Part shown: in pieces, positions 52,367-62,605 of the stretch
How positions within the stretch are numbered: position 1 is the stretch's first letter
Layout: each line of letters begins with the position of its first letter
Source of the DNA: Candidatus Bathyarchaeota archaeon
GTDB lineage: Archaea; Thermoproteota; Bathyarchaeia; Bathyarchaeales; Bathycorpusculaceae
DNA length: 64,000 bases
Assembly (NCBI GenBank): GCA_963775465.1
Contig: CAVZIW010000001.1
Span: 192,001-256,000 of the forward strand
Direction of reading: 5' to 3'
The notes under the pieces: model-generated
The model's database searches: none
Seen by the model: only the letters and a program-made list of their open reading frames with translations
Told to the model about the DNA's origin: nothing
Program-made: the position numbers and the translations under genes

Positions 52367-53332
52367 TTAGGGTTGCTCGCATTTCTGCAACAGCTTTTGC
52401 CAATGCTCGTCAGTAGCGCGTTGAATTTCGTCCAATACATGGCTATTTTGCGGTGTAAACAAGTGTCTGAACCTTCCTTGTCCAGCAAGATATTCTTTAA
52501 CGGGTCTTTTCTTCTGTGGAGCCAAAGAAATCAACTTGCTGGGAATTGAAAGTTGACGTTTGCCATTAACAGCTTCCCATACTGGAAATACACATGATTC
52601 AACAGCTAACTTGGAATACTCTATAGATTTTGCTGGGTCACTTCTCCAACCTCTGGGACATGGAGCAAACACATGCAAAAATGCTGGACCTTCAACTTCT
52701 AACCCTTTTCGCACTTTAGTCAGCAGATCCTTCCAATAGTAGGGTGTTGCAGTTGCCACGTACTCCATTTCATGTGCCAACATTATGTCAGCTATGGGTT
52801 TTTTCTTCTCGAGCTTTCCCGGATTTACCGATCCAGCCGGAGTTGTGGTTGTCGCTGCACCAGTTGGAGTACCACCGCTTCTTTGAATCCCAGTGTTCAT
52901 GTATCCTTCATTGTCGTAGAGTACAAACAAGAAGTCATGTCCTCTTTCAACAGCACCAGAAAGCGCCTGCAATCCAATGTCGAAGGTTCCGCCGTCACCA
53001 GCAAATGCAATGATATCAACGTGTTCGTGCTTTGCTTTGCCTTTCTTTTTCATGGCTTTTAGAGCTGCATCAATACCTGAAGCGTTTGCAGCTGCATTTT
53101 CAAAAGCAGTATGAATCCACGGAACAGCCCATGACGTATATGGATAAATCGATGAGACTACTTCCATGCATCCTGTTGCCTCGGTAACTATTGTGGGACC
53201 TCTTGTAGCTTTCATTATTAGACGCAGTACAGATGCAGGTCCGCATCCCGCACACGCCCTGTGCCCGGACAGAAACAGGTCTGGTTTTAATGCGATATCT
53301 TTTGCCGTAAATTTCCATTCTTGTGTTGTCAA
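52367..53332 (-). CDS. porB: Pyruvate/2-oxoacid:ferredoxin oxidoreductase beta subunit
   Basis: GHRACAGCG, GDGG.FDIG, YDNE.YMNTG.Q, PCPRGW. Confidence 0.93.
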   Translation of the reverse strand: MTTQEWKFTAKDIALKPDLFLSGHRACAGCGPASVLRLIMKATRGPTIVTEATGCMEVVSSIYPYTSWAVPWIHTAFENAAANASGIDAALKAMKKKGKAKHEHVDIIAFAGDGGTFDIGLQALSGAVERGHDFLFVLYDNEGYMNTGIQRSGGTPTGAATTTTPAGSVNPGKLEKKKPIADIMLAHEMEYVATATPYYWKDLLTKVRKGLEVEGPAFLHVFAPCPRGWRSDPAKSIEYSKLAVESCVFPVWEAVNGKRQLSIPSKLISLAPQKKRPVKEYLAGQGRFRHLFTPQNSHVLDEIQRATDEHWQKLLQKCEQP

Positions 53333-53345
53333 CTTTTCTTCCTCC

Positions 53346-54578
53346 TTACTCCCTTAATCCTAAATAGCGAACTTGGCTGCCGATTTGGCCAGTTTTAGCA
53401 ATCTGCACCAACTCATCAAAGATCTTCCGAAGTTCACTCGGACTTGAGTCTCTTCCACCTAAACCGTAAATGTAGTTTATGATTGGTGGATGTGATGGTT
53501 CATCATAGAGTGCATGTCTAACTTCATGGAAAACTGCCCCGCCAAATCCGCCAAAACTCATGCTTTTGTCCATGACTGCAATAGCTTTAATGTTTTTGAG
53601 GTTTTTCCGAAGTTCCTCAACTGGTAAAGGTCTAAATGTTCGCAACTTTAGAAGACCTGCTTTGATTCCTTCCTCTCTTAGCTTATCGACGATTACCTTC
53701 ATGGTTCCAGAGGTTGAACCTACGCAAATAACTGCAATTTCAGCGTCGTCTAATTTGTAATTCTCAATAAGACCATTACCATATCGTCTACCGGTTAAAC
53801 TTGCATACTCATCGTTGATTTCACCGATTTTTTTCAAAGCATTCTTCATGCCTTCTTCTTGCTGTCTTTTGAATTCAAAGTAGTAGTTCTGCAATGCAAT
53901 CGGTCCCATTGTCATAGGGTTATCTGGATCCAACTTGTAAGGTACCGTTTTCCCTTCGTGAGTTAAAACAGCTGGAATTTGACGCTCCCCAACAAACTGT
54001 TTTACCGCTTCATCTGAGAGAACATTAACATTTTCTAATGTGTGACTTAAGGTGAACCCGTCTAAGCCAACGAGTGTTGGCAAGGACACACTCGTGTCTT
54101 CAGCGATCCTGAAAGCTTGAATGATTGAATCATAGGCTTCTTGTGCGTTTTCAACATAAATCTGAATCCAACCACTATCTCTTGCCGCCATGCTATCTGA
54201 ATGGTCGCCATGGATGTTTAGCGGTGAAGATAAAGCGCGGTTAGCTATTGCCATAACAACTGGTGCTCTTGAACCTGAAGTTACAAAGAGAATTTCATGC
54301 ATTAATGCCAAACCTGCAGATGCACTTGCAGTGAAAGTTCTCACTCCAGTTGCCGACGCAGCAAGACAAGCGGTTAAAGCGCTATGTTCAGATTCAGTAC
54401 AAACAAACTCCGTCTTTGTCTCACCATTTGCAACGTATTCGCTGAATTTCTCTACAATAATTGTTTGGGGGGTAATTGGGTAAGCAGCAACTACATCAAC
54501 GTCACATTGTTTTGCGGCGTACGCAACTGCTTCATCGCCGTTTAGACCTATAGTTTCTTGTTTATCATTTTTTTGCAT
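53346..54578 (-). CDS. porA: Pyruvate/2-oxoacid:ferredoxin oxidoreductase alpha subunit
   Basis: AYPITPQT, ESEHSA, NRALS.PLNI..DHSD, GLGGRD. Start set at MQKND (54578). Confidence 0.93.
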   Translation of the reverse strand: MQKNDKQETIGLNGDEAVAYAAKQCDVDVVAAYPITPQTIIVEKFSEYVANGETKTEFVCTESEHSALTACLAASATGVRTFTASASAGLALMHEILFVTSGSRAPVVMAIANRALSSPLNIHGDHSDSMAARDSGWIQIYVENAQEAYDSIIQAFRIAEDTSVSLPTLVGLDGFTLSHTLENVNVLSDEAVKQFVGERQIPAVLTHEGKTVPYKLDPDNPMTMGPIALQNYYFEFKRQQEEGMKNALKKIGEINDEYASLTGRRYGNGLIENYKLDDAEIAVICVGSTSGTMKVIVDKLREEGIKAGLLKLRTFRPLPVEELRKNLKNIKAIAVMDKSMSFGGFGGAVFHEVRHALYDEPSHPPIINYIYGLGGRDSSPSELRKIFDELVQIAKTGQIGSQVRYLGLRE

Positions 54579-54589
54579 TATGTCTACTC

Positions 54590-54868
54590 CTATTCCATTT
54601 TCATGGTTATTGCTTTTGTTGGACATTCGTTTGCACAGATTCCGCATCCTTTGCAGAAGCCAAAATCAAACTCAATTTTACCTAATTCCGGACGCCAACG
54701 AATAGCACCATCTGGACAGAACGTTACACAAGTTAGGCAAACAGTACATTTCTCGAAATCAATTATTGGCATGTAGGTTTTCCAATCACCAGTCATAAAA
54801 CCAGTGCTTGATTTTGAGGTAACTCCACCGATTGAGATTTCTTTCCAACCTTTTTCTTTACGACTCAT
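54590..54868 (-). CDS. porD: Pyruvate/2-oxoacid:ferredoxin oxidoreductase delta subunit
   Basis: TGDW...P, CTVCLTCVTFCP, CKGCGICANECP. Confidence 0.93.
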   Translation of the reverse strand: MSRKEKGWKEISIGGVTSKSSTGFMTGDWKTYMPIIDFEKCTVCLTCVTFCPDGAIRWRPELGKIEFDFGFCKGCGICANECPTKAITMKME

Positions 54869-55419
54869 TCTGACTTGGCCTCTTCGTATGCTTTCATGAT
54901 AACTGAATAGTTTTTCTCAGCTATGTTGGGTCTAAAACGTCCTTTCAAGGTTTTCTTTATGCCGTCTAGTGAGACAATTTCAGTGGCTTTAGCAACAACT
55001 CCCAGTAATGCAGTGTTCGTTATTGGTGCACCTAATATGTTAATTGCGATCTCAGTTGCAGGAACAGTCCAAATTTTACCTTTCGAAACCTTTAGTTCCT
55101 GCTTTAAAACAGCAGGTTCAACACTCGAATTAATAATCAATATATCATCATCTTGATTCAACCCAGCCGTAACAGGTACAGTCTTTAACAAAGTATTATC
55201 CAAAACTACCACAACGTCCGGATCGTATACGGCACAATGTAGCCTAATTGGTTCATTGCTGACACGCGTAAAAGCAGTAACAGGCGCACCCATTCGTTCA
55301 GGGCCAAACTCGGGGAACGATTGAATATGTTTGCCTTCATCAAGGGCAGTTCTAGCTAAAAGTTCGCTGGCAGTCCAAGCACCCTGTCCGCCTCTACCGT
55401 GCCATCTAAATTCAACCAT
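54865..55419 (-). CDS. porG: Pyruvate/2-oxoacid:ferredoxin oxidoreductase gamma subunit
   Basis: EFRWHGRGGQG, FP.FGPER.GAPV.AF.R, NT..LG. Confidence 0.93.
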   Translation of the reverse strand: MVEFRWHGRGGQGAWTASELLARTALDEGKHIQSFPEFGPERMGAPVTAFTRVSNEPIRLHCAVYDPDVVVVLDNTLLKTVPVTAGLNQDDDILIINSSVEPAVLKQELKVSKGKIWTVPATEIAINILGAPITNTALLGVVAKATEIVSLDGIKKTLKGRFRPNIAEKNYSVIMKAYEEAKSE

Positions 55420-55528
55420 ATGTTTCAAAGCAATCCCTTCTCTAAGATGGTTTCTGAATAAAAGGATGATTACCTTGATATACATTTTTCTAGAAGAACC
55501 CGTTTTTGGTCAAATGTATATCATTTTG

Positions 55529-55836
55529 CTAAACCGCCTTTCTGAAAAGTGAGTAATGGTCAACCTTGCATACATGGTTCCAATTATCTTCGACAAGGCG
55601 TCTAGCATCTTCGGCGGTTAAAGCGATAGCTGATTGGTATTTGGCGTCTATCGGATAGTCTTTGAAGGTCGTGTAACAGTCGGTGCTTTCGCTACTCTTA
55701 TGACTAACAAATACTTTCGTCTTGCAAAGTAATGGTGGAGCCTATACAAATGAATTCTGTTGAAACGTTCGTTTCGAAGAATTGCAGTAAGTTTATTATG
55801 TAAATCTCGGTATTTTTTTGACAAGTCGCTTAACAT
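55529..55836 (-). pseudogene. Decayed C-terminal fragment of a tyrosine recombinase/integrase
   Basis: Across two frames: L..ILRNERFNRIHLYRLHHYFA (cf. NPRL..IHFHTFRHW.A), SHKSSESTDCYT (cf. GHK.I..T..YT), AIALTAEDARRLVEDNWNHVCKVDHYSLFRKAV*. Confidence 0.6.
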
Positions 55837-55949
55837 TCCGATCGTCTTCTGGAATTGGGATCGTTAACACATTTGAAAAAACACTTGTTTCTAAACTAGA
55901 AGTCTTGAAAACAAAAAAAGGAAAGGATTATTGTTTTTGTTTTGATTTC

Positions 55950-58655
55950 TTATGGTCGTTTTCTTATGAGCAATAGAGCCAGCATTATACCGACAATCAC
56001 TATTGCCACAATGATGCCTGCAACTGCGGGAACAAAGTACATGTCAGCGGCTGATTGTGCTGGTGCTTGAGTTGGAGCTGTTGTTGGAGGTGCAGAGTCA
56101 ACTGAGAAACTGTTTTCTGCGTAAGATGGCCAGTAAGATTCAGAGCCTGCGAAAGTTGCAACCACAGTGTATTTGCCTTCGATATCTGGTGTCCATTGAT
56201 AGCTGAATGCGCCGCTAGCATCGCTTGTAGTTGTGCCGATATTACGATAGTTGCCATTAGAATCAATCACATCGATCGAAACAGGAACACCCGTAGTGTT
56301 TGACGGCTTTCCTTTTTGCATATAGACGTATGCCATCCATTGAGTCTGAGAATCTTCAGAGACAGCTGCAACACCATTAGGGAAACGTGCTGCTTGCTCT
56401 TTCTGTTTTGTGCCAGCAGAAATGTCCAGTACTGTTCCTTTAATTGTTATGGATTGACCTAATTGAGCAGATAAGTCAGGTGCAGAAACTGTAACAGCGC
56501 TTGGACCTTTGCCTATAGCGTAGATTTGTGCATCATAGTTGTTCCAGTAGATCAAAACGCCATCAGCAGCTGCAAAAGTCATCGGATACGCCCATCCTGC
56601 TAGATCCCAGATAGTTTCGCCAGTAGTAACGTTAAGACAGTGCACACGTTCAGCTTTGTAGAGAGGTGTATCAGCAGAGTGCTCATGAGTTCCGACAAAG
56701 ATCTTGCCATCGCAAATAAGTCCTAGCATCTGAACGAAGTTAGGAATCTTCTCTCCGCCAGATGGATAGATCTGTCTCCAGAGTAGACTGCCATTAGCTA
56801 AGCTATAAGCTGAGACTGCTCCAGTGTAGCCTCCAGTGAAAAGGGTTCCGTAAGCCATCTTTGTCTGCGTTTGCGAAATCAAGCTTGGCCAAGTAAAGTA
56901 CCCATATGCTTGCCAGTCAGATTGGGCATCAGTTGTCGCAACCAATTCGCCATTGCTCATATCCCAAATGTAGAAGGTACAGCTTGGAACCTTTAAGCCG
57001 ACAAAACGTTGTTCAGCGCCTGTAGCTCGTTCGAATAGTATGTTCTGGTTAGTTGCTTCATCTTCGATGTCAATGTTCTTCATGTAGAGCAATTGGCCTT
57101 CATGTCCAGGTTGAATGCTAATGGCCCAAACAGTGACCTCATCAACATATGCGTATGAAGGCGCGCTTGTGCCAGTTGGCCAAGAACCATTCGTACCCCA
57201 AACATATTGATTATCATATACCGCTCTGATGGTTGGCGCTGTAGCCCAATTGAATGATAGTGAAACGTTCCAATCAAAGCTGCTCATTGTGCTTGCATCG
57301 ATTTGGTTCGATGATGGGTTTCTGCTCGGAATTGCCTTAGATGAATTCCATTGTTCTAGATAGCGACCGTTTGCAGTGTTCCCTCCGATTACGTAGCGTA
57401 GGTTTTCGCCTGAATAGCCCTGTACTTCAAAGCCGTTGGGAACGCCAGTAATATTGAGATATGGGAATCCTCGTTCTGGCTGGTAGCCGATTGCATAGTT
57501 GTTTGTGAATAGCCATCCTGGATTTGCAATTCCGTGTTCGTTCGGGTTATCATCACTGTAGTAATATCCGAAAATTGGTACGTTTGAACGGCCTGTTAAT
57601 TCAGTAGTGTCTTGTTCCCATAATAGTTCGCCTGTTTTTAGGTCAACGCAGTCGAGAAGTTGGCTAGTGCCGCTGTAAACTGTGTTTGGTGTGAAGTAGA
57701 GTCTTCCGTACATTATTACTTGATTGTTGAATCGTGGTTGATATTGAGATCCCGCGTTGAAAGCATTGCCAGTTCCAATTCGTCCATCATTGCTACCGCC
57801 TAAGATACCGTTGTCCTCAGTAGGTCTTGTCCAGAGAATGTGTGGACTGTTTGGCGCAGTACCGTCAGGTTGATATCTGTTTTCGGTTCCGCCGTTGTCA
57901 GCGTCGTGTGCGTTGTTTAGCCAGTTTGAAGCAACAGTGTACCATTGGTCGTTTTGTCCCTCAATCGGGCGAGTCCAATATTCAGTTGGAACAGGCTGAA
58001 TGAGAGGCAGAGCGTTAATGCTTACTGGTTCTTGCTGTACAGTAACCTGGAAAGTATAGTTGCTAGCTAAGAATGTAGTTCCATAGTAGTCATTGCTCCC
58101 TCCAAGATGAGAGTTCCACCTATAGTAGAGCTCGTGGAAAAACACCGTTAAGGAGTAGTTTCCAGTTTGGTCAGGGGTATATGCAGTGTAAGTTGAGCCA
58201 GTAGAGTCAGAGACGAAAAGTCCATCTCCAACACCTCCCTCGCCTCCACCAACATTGCCTTGAGTTTGACCAGCTGAAGGCAGTCGCTCTGTAGATCCGT
58301 CCGGTTTAGTTACTTCCAAATGGAACATGTATCGGATATCGTTGCCTAGTAACGCATTAGGAGGTACTTGTGGATTCATCATGATGACGTTGAATGCTTG
58401 TCCAATACCAACAGGGTTAGGTGAAGCAATGCCAAAGCACCAGGTTGGAATCATGTCGTGGAATCTTGTCCAAAGTGTAAGCCTGTTTGCAGGAGCATTC
58501 GCAGTCATGTCGGGCCAATTCATGCCTTGATCGATAGCAGTCTGAGTAGCATCATTGAATGCAGCAGTAGTTTGCAAAGAGCCAAGTGAAATAGCCATAG
58601 AAGTCACGAGAATCAACGCAATTACAATTGCCAAAAATTTATTTTTTATTTGCAT
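55950..58655 (-). CDS. Secreted, C-terminally anchored PQQ-like beta-propeller repeat protein
   Basis: Signal peptide, PNPVGIGQ, PTEYWTRPI, CVDLKTGELLW, THEHS, YDAQIYAIGKGPS, GSESYWPS, TM plus RKRP. Confidence 0.9.
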   Translation of the reverse strand: MQIKNKFLAIVIALILVTSMAISLGSLQTTAAFNDATQTAIDQGMNWPDMTANAPANRLTLWTRFHDMIPTWCFGIASPNPVGIGQAFNVIMMNPQVPPNALLGNDIRYMFHLEVTKPDGSTERLPSAGQTQGNVGGGEGGVGDGLFVSDSTGSTYTAYTPDQTGNYSLTVFFHELYYRWNSHLGGSNDYYGTTFLASNYTFQVTVQQEPVSINALPLIQPVPTEYWTRPIEGQNDQWYTVASNWLNNAHDADNGGTENRYQPDGTAPNSPHILWTRPTEDNGILGGSNDGRIGTGNAFNAGSQYQPRFNNQVIMYGRLYFTPNTVYSGTSQLLDCVDLKTGELLWEQDTTELTGRSNVPIFGYYYSDDNPNEHGIANPGWLFTNNYAIGYQPERGFPYLNITGVPNGFEVQGYSGENLRYVIGGNTANGRYLEQWNSSKAIPSRNPSSNQIDASTMSSFDWNVSLSFNWATAPTIRAVYDNQYVWGTNGSWPTGTSAPSYAYVDEVTVWAISIQPGHEGQLLYMKNIDIEDEATNQNILFERATGAEQRFVGLKVPSCTFYIWDMSNGELVATTDAQSDWQAYGYFTWPSLISQTQTKMAYGTLFTGGYTGAVSAYSLANGSLLWRQIYPSGGEKIPNFVQMLGLICDGKIFVGTHEHSADTPLYKAERVHCLNVTTGETIWDLAGWAYPMTFAAADGVLIYWNNYDAQIYAIGKGPSAVTVSAPDLSAQLGQSITIKGTVLDISAGTKQKEQAARFPNGVAAVSEDSQTQWMAYVYMQKGKPSNTTGVPVSIDVIDSNGNYRNIGTTTSDASGAFSYQWTPDIEGKYTVVATFAGSESYWPSYAENSFSVDSAPPTTAPTQAPAQSAADMYFVPAVAGIIVAIVIVGIMLALLLIRKRP

Positions 58656-58807
58656 TTTCTTTATTCATCCATTTTTTTTAAACGAAGCCTATTTTTGCTT
58701 CGCTTAGCACACCTAATCAATATGATCAGTTTTAAAGGCTTGTAAGTTCAACGCTGTACAAACAATGACAAAGTTTATTACAAAAATAATTAACAATAAA
58801 TTGTTGC

Positions 58808-59620
58808 ATGCTCTTGGCAATGTTAGAAGAAGATTACCAGACATTTAAAGAACTAGGACTGAGTTACTCACAAACAAAAGTATACCTACTTCTGGCAAGT
58901 ACAGGAGCTTTAACCGCAACTGAAGTTGCTAGAGTTACCAAGATAGCAAGACCACATGTTTATGGCATATTAGCTGAATTGGAGGAAACCGGACTATTAT
59001 CCACAGTTATTGGTCAGCCAGAACGTTTTCAAGCAATCAATATCGTGGATGGAGTTTCTGTCCTTTTAAGTCAAAGATTAAGGAAGACAGCAGAAATCCA
59101 AGAGAAAGCTGCAAAACTTATACAAAATTTCAAGGTCAGTCAACTAATTGTGGAAGCGGAAGCCACCTCACAATTCGTTCTTGTTCGAAAAAGAGATACA
59201 ATTTATCTAAAATCTAAAAAAATGCTGGAAAATGCAGAGAAATCAATTTTTTTTCTCCACCAAACCAGAAGAATGATATCTTGGCTTTCAGAATGTTTGC
59301 CAGAATTTGAAAAAGCTCTAGCCAGAGAAGTAGAATGCAAAGTGGTAATTCCAAAACCGGAGGCAAATGTAGATATTTGGAAAAAGTTTAAGGGACTCAC
59401 AAAATATCCCAACTTAGCAATAAAGTTGATTCCTAAAGAGACAAGATTTGGATTCAGTATTTGGGACAACAAAGAAATCTTACTAACAACTTCACCTTAT
59501 GATTCGCCTAAGAAGGAAGCAAGATTGTGGTCGAAAAATGTAGATTTAGTTGAGTTATGCAAAGAACACTTTGAACTAATTTGGAGAAAAGCCAAAGACC
59601 CCATCAGTAACATAAGATAA
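58808..59620 (+). CDS. TrmB-family transcriptional regulator
   Basis: LGLS..Q.KVY..L...G..TA.EVA....I.R..VY..L..L...GL wHTH; C-terminal PLD-like effector domain (I.D.KE). Divergent from the propeller gene. Confidence 0.9.
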   Translation: MLLAMLEEDYQTFKELGLSYSQTKVYLLLASTGALTATEVARVTKIARPHVYGILAELEETGLLSTVIGQPERFQAINIVDGVSVLLSQRLRKTAEIQEKAAKLIQNFKVSQLIVEAEATSQFVLVRKRDTIYLKSKKMLENAEKSIFFLHQTRRMISWLSECLPEFEKALAREVECKVVIPKPEANVDIWKKFKGLTKYPNLAIKLIPKETRFGFSIWDNKEILLTTSPYDSPKKEARLWSKNVDLVELCKEHFELIWRKAKDPISNIR

Positions 59621-59803
59621 ACGAATAAAACATAAAAATGAAGTTGAGAACAAATCTGATTTTTGCTGCACATTTCATACGCCGGGAAACTAAGATTTCG
59701 AATCCGGTCAATTAGAATTTTGAGGTGGAAAATGTTCATCGCCAAATGCATAAATAATTAAACTTAGTTCTATCAGTTTTCTATTAACTTCGGGTGCCGT
59801 TCG

Positions 59804-60133
59804 TTGGTAAGAGATGCTAAATTTGATACTGTATTAATTAATTATAGACTAAAGAAACCCTACACATGGTACGAGTTAAGATATGCAGTAGAACTTGATT
59901 ATTCAGGAATAAAGGAATTAATCAACAACCGAGAGATCACTCAATTGTTAAAGAAGTTAAATCTGCCCTCATCAGGAAAAGAAAACGAAACTCAGGAAAA
60001 GTTAGCTGTAATAGTTAATAATATAATAGAAGATGATTCGATCATAATTGAAACTGATCCCGAGAAGCAACAAATGATTTTAAAACTAATAGAATCTGTC
60101 GATCCCTATTACTCAAAAAATCAGCGAAAATAA
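59804..60133 (+). CDS. Hypothetical protein
   Basis: 109-aa ORF in AT-rich region. Confidence 0.6.
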   Translation: MVRDAKFDTVLINYRLKKPYTWYELRYAVELDYSGIKELINNREITQLLKKLNLPSSGKENETQEKLAVIVNNIIEDDSIIIETDPEKQQMILKLIESVDPYYSKNQRK

Positions 60134-60220
60134 AGTTAAGCTAAAACAGGATTTGGCAAAATATTTTTGCAGCTTCAGAAGCAGGTTTAAGGTAAAAATC
60201 AGTTATCGACTAGTTTTTTC

Positions 60221-60403
60221 TTATTCTGACTTGTCTTTTTTCCATTTCGCTATTTGTTCTTCAACTTGTTGAGGATCAGCAATAAAGTACGAACAAGCTA
60301 AGGCTTCTTTTGTGTCTTTATTAGTACTCTGCACAACTGAAACCAAATTTCCATTCTTAAACCCAAAATATGTATATATTTTACCCATTGCTTGCTTTTT
60401 CAC
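60221..60403 (-). CDS. Small hypothetical protein
   Basis: 60 aa; GAGGTG overlapping the GTG start. Confidence 0.55.
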   Translation of the reverse strand: MKKQAMGKIYTYFGFKNGNLVSVVQSTNKDTKEALACSYFIADPQQVEEQIAKWKKDKSE

Positions 60404-60730
60404 CTCAAATGCTATTGATGCTTTCTCAAATCATTTTCAGCATACTATTAAACATTTTAATCAGAAATGTAGCTATAACTATTATTTCTCTCAACGACAT
60501 ATATCAAAAACAGTTCTAAATTCTATGGCAAAATCTTTAGAAACGTTACCATTGAAAAGTTTAAGCATATCTATTTTTTCGATGTATTTTGTCAGATGTT
60601 TCTTTAGAAACTTCATTTTTCCTGCTATCTCTAAGCGTTGCTTAACCACCTAATTTGTTAGATATTTAGCATTCCTACAGATTTGCCTGTCAAAGTATAT
60701 TGGTTTCTGTATTGCCTAGTTTTTTTGGTT

Positions 60731-60856
60731 TTAGAACCATGATTTGTATCGAATTTTTGAGCATTTAGCGCATGAGATTATGATTTGTCCTCTAATTACT
60801 GTAGTTTTAGCTATATCACATCCACATGAACAAGTGTTAACGGTTTCAAGTGACAT
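60731..60856 (-). CDS. Possible small zinc-ribbon protein
   Basis: MSLETVNTCSCGC...ISCAKCSK. Confidence 0.35.
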   Translation of the reverse strand: MSLETVNTCSCGCDIAKTTVIRGQIIISCAKCSKIRYKSWF

Positions 60857-61396
60857 AAGAATAAAGAAAAAAGCTGTAATAATAGATGTTGTTTCCAAAC
60901 TCGATATATTAAATAAATTAAAGCTCTTCTGAGCGCTATTAAGCATTAGAACTTTTATTTTTTTTCAATAAGTACAGAAAACGAGTTTTCGTTAGTTGTT
61001 AAACTGGCTAAGTTTAGTTCAGTGTAAGGAGTTTTACAAATTCCATTAATTTGATTTTAAATTCAGATTTCTGGCACTAATTTCTGCTTCATAAATCTTG
61101 AATAATATTCCCAATATTATTTGCTATTAATAAGATGAACGTGTTGAGAAAATATCAGACTCATTTTCTTAATTCCGGAAAAAATGGACTTTATTTAACA
61201 ATGGAATATTTCGAAAACCAAGAAGTCTCTAAAGAATTTCTCAGAAACAAAGAAAAAAGACATGTTAGAAAAGGAAATCACAAGCCGCTCTATTAGAGCA
61301 GTATATTTCTAGTTTAAGTTTCTTGACTAGTAATTAATAAATCCTATATACACTTGTCAATCTTCTTTTAACTGAATAAGTTGAAAGTGACACCGT

Positions 61397-62362
61397 TTGG
61401 GTAATAAATACAGTGAACACGGTCAATATATTTGCTCCAATCCTAATTGTGATAAGGTTTTTTCTAAACCCAAAATTATCAAGTATTATGTTTGCCCATC
61501 GTGCCAGACTTTAGTTGACCAAACTACTGAAGAGGGTGTTTTGTTTCAGCCTTCTTTAGAAGATGATCTTTCCACTAAGAAACTTGAAAAGTCAAACGTA
61601 ATAAAGCAAACTAATGAAGAAGTAACTGTTGAAGGTACAGATCTAGAGGAACTTAATTTACATGAAGCAAACAGAAAGGAATATGAAAAGCCTATCGTTA
61701 GTGAACAAATCACCAAAGAATCGTTCACTGAAGTTAAAGATCCCACCAATGCTGATTTAAGCGGAGCAAGCAAAAACGACCCCGAAAAACCAATTGCTAA
61801 CGAACAAGTCAACATACAAGTCGCTACCGAAGTTACAGAGCCAACCGATCCTATTTTGACTGAAGCAAACAGAATTATCAGTCTAGCCAAGGCTTTGGGG
61901 TGGCGTTCAGCTAATGAAGATGCTGAATTAGCGGAACCAGCTTTTAATGAAAACAAAAACGAATCCGAAAAACCAATTGTTAACGAACAAACCAACAAAC
62001 AATCCATCGCTGAAGTAGAAGAATCAATCGAGCCTACATTGAGCGAAGCAAAAAATAGTGAACTGGAAAATCTTCTTATTAACGAACTAGTCGATAAAGA
62101 AGCCTTTACCGAACTTACAGAGCTAACCAAACCTACTAAGATTCAAAATCCAAAATCTGTGTTAGTTGAAGAGGAAAAAGAAAAAGCTAATCCAGCTTCT
62201 ATCGATAAGTGTTCATACTATTTTGGCTATTTAAATCAGAGAACTAAGGGTGAAACGATACCGGAAGAATGTGTTGAATGCCCTAAGTCGATAGAGTGTT
62301 TAATGTCTGAGTTCGATAATTCAAAAGAAAGTTTGAAGGAAATTAAAAAGTGGTATATTTAG
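61397..62362 (+). CDS. Protein with N-terminal zinc ribbon, acidic ~33-aa repeats and C-terminal Cys domain
   Basis: CSNPNC..CPSC; repeated EKPI(V/A).EQ....TEV.(D/E)P....L.EA; CSYYFGYL...IPEECVEC..SIEC. Confidence 0.75.
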   Translation: MGNKYSEHGQYICSNPNCDKVFSKPKIIKYYVCPSCQTLVDQTTEEGVLFQPSLEDDLSTKKLEKSNVIKQTNEEVTVEGTDLEELNLHEANRKEYEKPIVSEQITKESFTEVKDPTNADLSGASKNDPEKPIANEQVNIQVATEVTEPTDPILTEANRIISLAKALGWRSANEDAELAEPAFNENKNESEKPIVNEQTNKQSIAEVEESIEPTLSEAKNSELENLLINELVDKEAFTELTELTKPTKIQNPKSVLVEEEKEKANPASIDKCSYYFGYLNQRTKGETIPEECVECPKSIECLMSEFDNSKESLKEIKKWYI

Positions 62363-62605
62363 AAATTATTTTTCTTTAATTAATTTTAGATAGGCTTACG
62401 AAAGACAATAGAGAATTGTTTGAAATTATGAATCATTTTTTTCAAATATTAAGTTCGGAGTTAAACTGGACTTAAGGACAGGTGACTTGATTTAATCCAT
62501 GATTAATGATTCTTTTCAATTTACCCTCAATAATTATTATTGAGTAGTAAGAGTTAAGTAATGCGACAATATTAATAACTTCAAATAAAAAGGAGGTAAT
62601 AAAAA

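Noticed and set aside
19802-56569. Diversity-generating retroelement TR/VR pair suggested by the paralog repeat
   Set aside because: No reverse transcriptase in the window, both copies are coding, and there is no adenine-specific mismatch pattern.
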